The position numbers and the translations under genes are program-made. From positions 1 to 28,230 of IMG/VR virus record IMGVR_UViG_3300043427_001721: DNA of 28,230 bases. One strand, written 5' to 3'. The notes under the pieces are model-generated. The model saw nothing but the letters and a program-made list of their open reading frames with translations, was not told the origin of the DNA and did not search any database. This document shows, one piece after another, positions 25,267-28,230 of the stretch (its first letter is position 1; the number at the start of each line of letters is the position of its first letter). Source of the stretch: a virus (Duplodnaviria > Caudoviricetes).

Positions 25267-25434
25267 TCAAGGAGCCGGATCAGCTCCTTCTGCCTTCGGT
25301 GCGAGCTGCGGTTGCGCCTGGCGTTGCAGCTTGTCGATGAGTCCGGCGACGACCTCGAAGGGTTGCTTCGCGAGCGATGCCAGGACGACGTTCGCCTCTT
25401 CGGCGGTGAGTTCAAACTTCAAGACGTTGTTCAC
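25267..25434 (-). CDS. small helical protein (fibre-associated)
   Basis: AGGAG RBS before GTG 25434; ELTAEEANVVLASLAKQPFEVVAGLIDKL. Confidence 0.7.
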   Translation of the reverse strand: MNNVLKFELTAEEANVVLASLAKQPFEVVAGLIDKLQRQAQPQLAPKAEGADPAP

Positions 25435-25456
25435 GTTGTCTCCTACTTCTTCCAAA

Positions 25457-26020
25457 CTACGGTGCGCTGTCTACTGAAAATTCGATGGTCGCCGTGTCGA
25501 GTACCGCCCCGCTCGAGGCGAGGCGGATTTCGATCGCTAGGTTTCGCGTCTGGTAGTTATTGGTCGCGGATAACGTCCACTCGCGAGTCGTCGCAAGGTT
25601 GAGCCACGAACCCGTCGTCCCGCCCACCGTTCCGCCGGAGCCCGACCAGGTCGCATACACATCGAACAGCGACGCGGCCCCGCTCGTCAGCCACTCGCCG
25701 CTGATCGAGACAAGAGTCCCGCCGACGTTCGTGCGGGACGCTGCGCCGGTACTGGCGAGCCGATATGTGGCAGTCGCCGTGCCGCCGATGCCTGCCTTCG
25801 AGTTGTTTATCGCCGACTGGTTGCTAATCGCGACGCTCGCGTTCGCCTTACCGTAAAAGCTCGAGAGCGAGATCGCGCCGCTCGAGACTCCGGCCAGCGT
25901 TCGCAGCGCCGACTCGTCGAGACTGCTCGTCGCGGTCGCGGACCGCCCGAGCTCGAGGTTAATCGAGCGATCGGTTGTCGATCCGCCGATCGAGATCTCG
26001 CCGGAGGAAACGAGAGGCAT
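25457..26020 (-). CDS. Ser/Gly/Thr-rich virion accessory protein
   Basis: MPLVSSGEISIGG...INLELG...GAISLSSFYGK, an N-terminus typical of genes that follow fibre genes. Confidence 0.75.
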   Translation of the reverse strand: MPLVSSGEISIGGSTTDRSINLELGRSATATSSLDESALRTLAGVSSGAISLSSFYGKANASVAISNQSAINNSKAGIGGTATATYRLASTGAASRTNVGGTLVSISGEWLTSGAASLFDVYATWSGSGGTVGGTTGSWLNLATTREWTLSATNNYQTRNLAIEIRLASSGAVLDTATIEFSVDSAP

Positions 26021-26382
26021 TAGGCCGCGACGTCAGCCGGTGCTGCGGGAGCTTCTGGAGCCGGAGCCCAGGGAAGAGGCTTCTGCTCGAGCGCGGCCTT
26101 CTCGACCTCCTTCGCGACGACGTAGGCGATGTGCGCCTGGTACGGTGCGAGCTGATCTTCCTGCGACCACACCCAGGCCTCGACCTCTGCGGGAGTGAGC
26201 TGCGAGAAGTCGACGAAATTCTCGGGAGCCGGATCGCCGACGTTGACCGAGATCGGAAGCTCGAAGCTGCACCCGCTGTCGGTGCCCTTGAGCGTGACGT
26301 CGACCTCCTTCACTACGTTTTGCAATTCGCCGACGTTGTGAACGCGGACCGCGTTGATCTTTAGCGTGTATTCGATAGCCAT
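26020..26382 (-). CDS. fibre-associated protein (chaperone-like)
   Basis: LQNVVKEV...FVDFSQLT..EV.AW...LPW pattern; follows the fibre gene. Confidence 0.7.
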   Translation of the reverse strand: MAIEYTLKINAVRVHNVGELQNVVKEVDVTLKGTDSGCSFELPISVNVGDPAPENFVDFSQLTPAEVEAWVWSQEDQLAPYQAHIAYVVAKEVEKAALEQKPLPWAPAPEAPAAPADVAA

Positions 26383-26393
26383 TTAGAATGCTC

Positions 26394-28230
26394 CTAGTGA
26401 ATCCGAGCCTCGAGCTCGGTGACCTTATGCTTTAGCGCGACGAGCTCCTTCGCGAGCTCAACGGCAGACGCCATAGCGGCGTTACCGTACGAGACAGACA
26501 GGGTGCCCATTTCATCGGCGGCTGTTGTGATCGCTTCGGGCAGAACAGCTTGCAGTGACTGCGCGGAAACTCCGACCTGTGTGATCTGCTCGCCGTCCGT
26601 GCGGTCATAAATACCAACCCTCACCGCAGCCAGCCTCTCAACGAAGCTTTCAGGCATAGGGCGCCAGTTGGTCTTGAGTCGCTCGTCCGAGTAGGCAGTC
26701 ACGTTGCCGGACGCTTTGATCGAGTAGGACATACACGATCCGAAGCCGCCGTTGATCAGCACCAACATACCGTGACTGTCAAGGTTGCCAGCGACGCCGC
26801 CAGCAGACGGGTAAGACCAGGCTATTCCGTAGAGATTTCCGGCGCTCGTTCCGTCTGCCGGCAGCTTGTAGCTGTCACCCATAGCAAACACGCCTTGATA
26901 GCGAGTCGAGGCGTAAGCGCCAACAATGCCGCAGCCGTAGTTGTCGTCGATGTAGAAGTTGCCGTTTGCGCGCGTGGCGCGGGCTGCCGTGATGCTCCAG
27001 CTACCGCTCGCTCCGGAGCCGGTAAGCGAGGGGGAGTACGAGGTGTAGTTGGAGCTGTCGAGAATGGTTGCTTGTGTGCCGCCGCCGGGATTGCCTTTGT
27101 GTACATACCCGGTTCCAGCAGACCACCACATCTGCCAACCATATCCAGCACGATGAAACCCGACCTCATTTGAGTTCATCATCAGGTTCGCCCCGGAATC
27201 GAAATAGATTCCGTGCCACCCCGCTCTCGATCCAGCAATGCGCCAAGACCCGTACTCTGTGTTGTTCGGGTAAAAGTGCGCGCCATTTAGAGAAGAGAAA
27301 AGTCCGGTATGGTTCGGCAATTCGATCCACTCGTTCGAGTAACAGCGAGCAGATGAAGTCCACGGCCCATTCATACGGCTGCAATCTTGGATTGAATTGC
27401 CGTTCATATTGATAGTGCCGTACAGCCAGTTCGTTCCCACGCTGTAGATACCAGCAGGGTGATAACTCGCTTGACCAGTTCCGGCTACGTTCGAGTGACC
27501 TCGATATCCGTACGCATAGCAGTCGTTGACGATATTGACGCTGCCGCCAAGAGCATATCCGCCAACAGTCATCAGTAATGCTTCGCCCTGATCGCCGTTG
27601 CCGTCGTTGTTGGCATCGGTAGTTGGCGAATTGGCGTAGAAACGAATGCCGCTATACGCCGCGCCAAGACGGATGCCGGTGTGATAGCCAATAATCAGAT
27701 CGGAGTAGTGCGGGTGGCTCCATGAGCCATTCGCAATGTCCTTGCCCATGCTGTAGTGGTTAGCGCCAAATGTCGCGCCACCGCCGCCGCTCAATATTGT
27801 AATAGCTCCGTTTAAGCTGCTGACCGTGCTAGCGTTGCCAGTGATGTTGATTCCCCATGTGCCGCTCGCGCCGCTGCCGGTTAAAGAAGGGGAGTAGGAG
27901 GTGTAGTTACCGGCGTGTAGGATGAGATGGTTTGACGCTGTCGCGTAGTTATTTGCGCTTTGCAAATAAGTCCCGCTGTAATTTTCGCCGATTTGAAGCT
28001 GTACGCCGTTCGTGCTGCCTTCCATCGCACGATAGCCGCTGAAATAGATACGGTTGTTCCCGCCGGTAAAGTACAAACCATAGCCGTTGCCGGAGATTGT
28101 TGCGCTACCAGTCAACGTACCGCCGCTTAACGGGAGAGCGTAGCTGCTGTAGTTGCCCAAGTGAAGGATTGTGTTGCCGGCAACTTGAGCACCGCTTGTC
28201 GCGTTCAGCAAGCCGACCCAAGTGCCAGAC
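26394..28230 (-). CDS. fibre protein with C-terminal intramolecular chaperone (Peptidase S74-like); 5' end outside window
   Basis: GNVTAYSDERLK cleavage motif, VGVSAQ..Q.VLPEA, LSVSYG and terminal coiled coil; frame open to the window edge. Confidence 0.88.
   Translation of the reverse strand, partial: SGTWVGLLNATSGAQVAGNTILHLGNYSSYALPLSGGTLTGSATISGNGYGLYFTGGNNRIYFSGYRAMEGSTNGVQLQIGENYSGTYLQSANNYATASNHLILHAGNYTSYSPSLTGSGASGTWGINITGNASTVSSLNGAITILSGGGGATFGANHYSMGKDIANGSWSHPHYSDLIIGYHTGIRLGAAYSGIRFYANSPTTDANNDGNGDQGEALLMTVGGYALGGSVNIVNDCYAYGYRGHSNVAGTGQASYHPAGIYSVGTNWLYGTINMNGNSIQDCSRMNGPWTSSARCYSNEWIELPNHTGLFSSLNGAHFYPNNTEYGSWRIAGSRAGWHGIYFDSGANLMMNSNEVGFHRAGYGWQMWWSAGTGYVHKGNPGGGTQATILDSSNYTSYSPSLTGSGASGSWSITAARATRANGNFYIDDNYGCGIVGAYASTRYQGVFAMGDSYKLPADGTSAGNLYGIAWSYPSAGGVAGNLDSHGMLVLINGGFGSCMSYSIKASGNVTAYSDERLKTNWRPMPESFVERLAAVRVGIYDRTDGEQITQVGVSAQSLQAVLPEAITTAADEMGTLSVSYGNAAMASAVELAKELVALKHKVTELEARIH

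Noticed and set aside
26990-27910. Invertible (shufflon-type) fibre cassette driven by the serine recombinase
   Set aside because: The repeats are direct and degenerate, no inverted alternative cassette is visible, and the recombinase is integrase-type.
1-28230. Stop-codon reassignment
   Set aside because: TGA, TAG and TAA all end genes at sensible boundaries, and coding density is high under the standard code.

Overview
This window is about 28 kb of a GC-rich temperate tailed phage with lambda/HK97-like organisation. It appears to be the free (non-integrated) form, and the spanin pair implies a Gram-negative host. Left to right: a probable packaging (cos-like) region and HNH gene; a minus-strand early/middle operon (cro, DUF1376-type initiator with iterons, helicase-loader-like gene, SSB-like gene, PD-(D/E)XK-like nuclease, RusA, Q-like regulator); a cI repressor with operators on both sides; a plus-strand operon (YqaJ exonuclease, RecT-like annealase, small genes, large serine integrase); then, converging on the integrase, the minus-strand late operon (fibre genes, neck, tail tube, frameshifted chaperones, tape measure, 1716-aa tail protein, lysis cassette with an inserted peptidase/phosphoesterase/DUF3310 block). 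The most notable signal is a likely attP inside the 3' end of the integrase gene. It is a 20+2+20 bp dyad carrying the 3' end of tRNA-fMet, so integration would rebuild the tRNA and replace the last 24 integrase residues, which end in an ssrA-like -LAA. This suggests an integration-dependent degron switch. A 40-aa candidate directionality factor lies just upstream, and CTCGAG is about 10-fold over-represented except in the terminal fibre gene. All assignments come from reading motifs by eye; no database searches were run.
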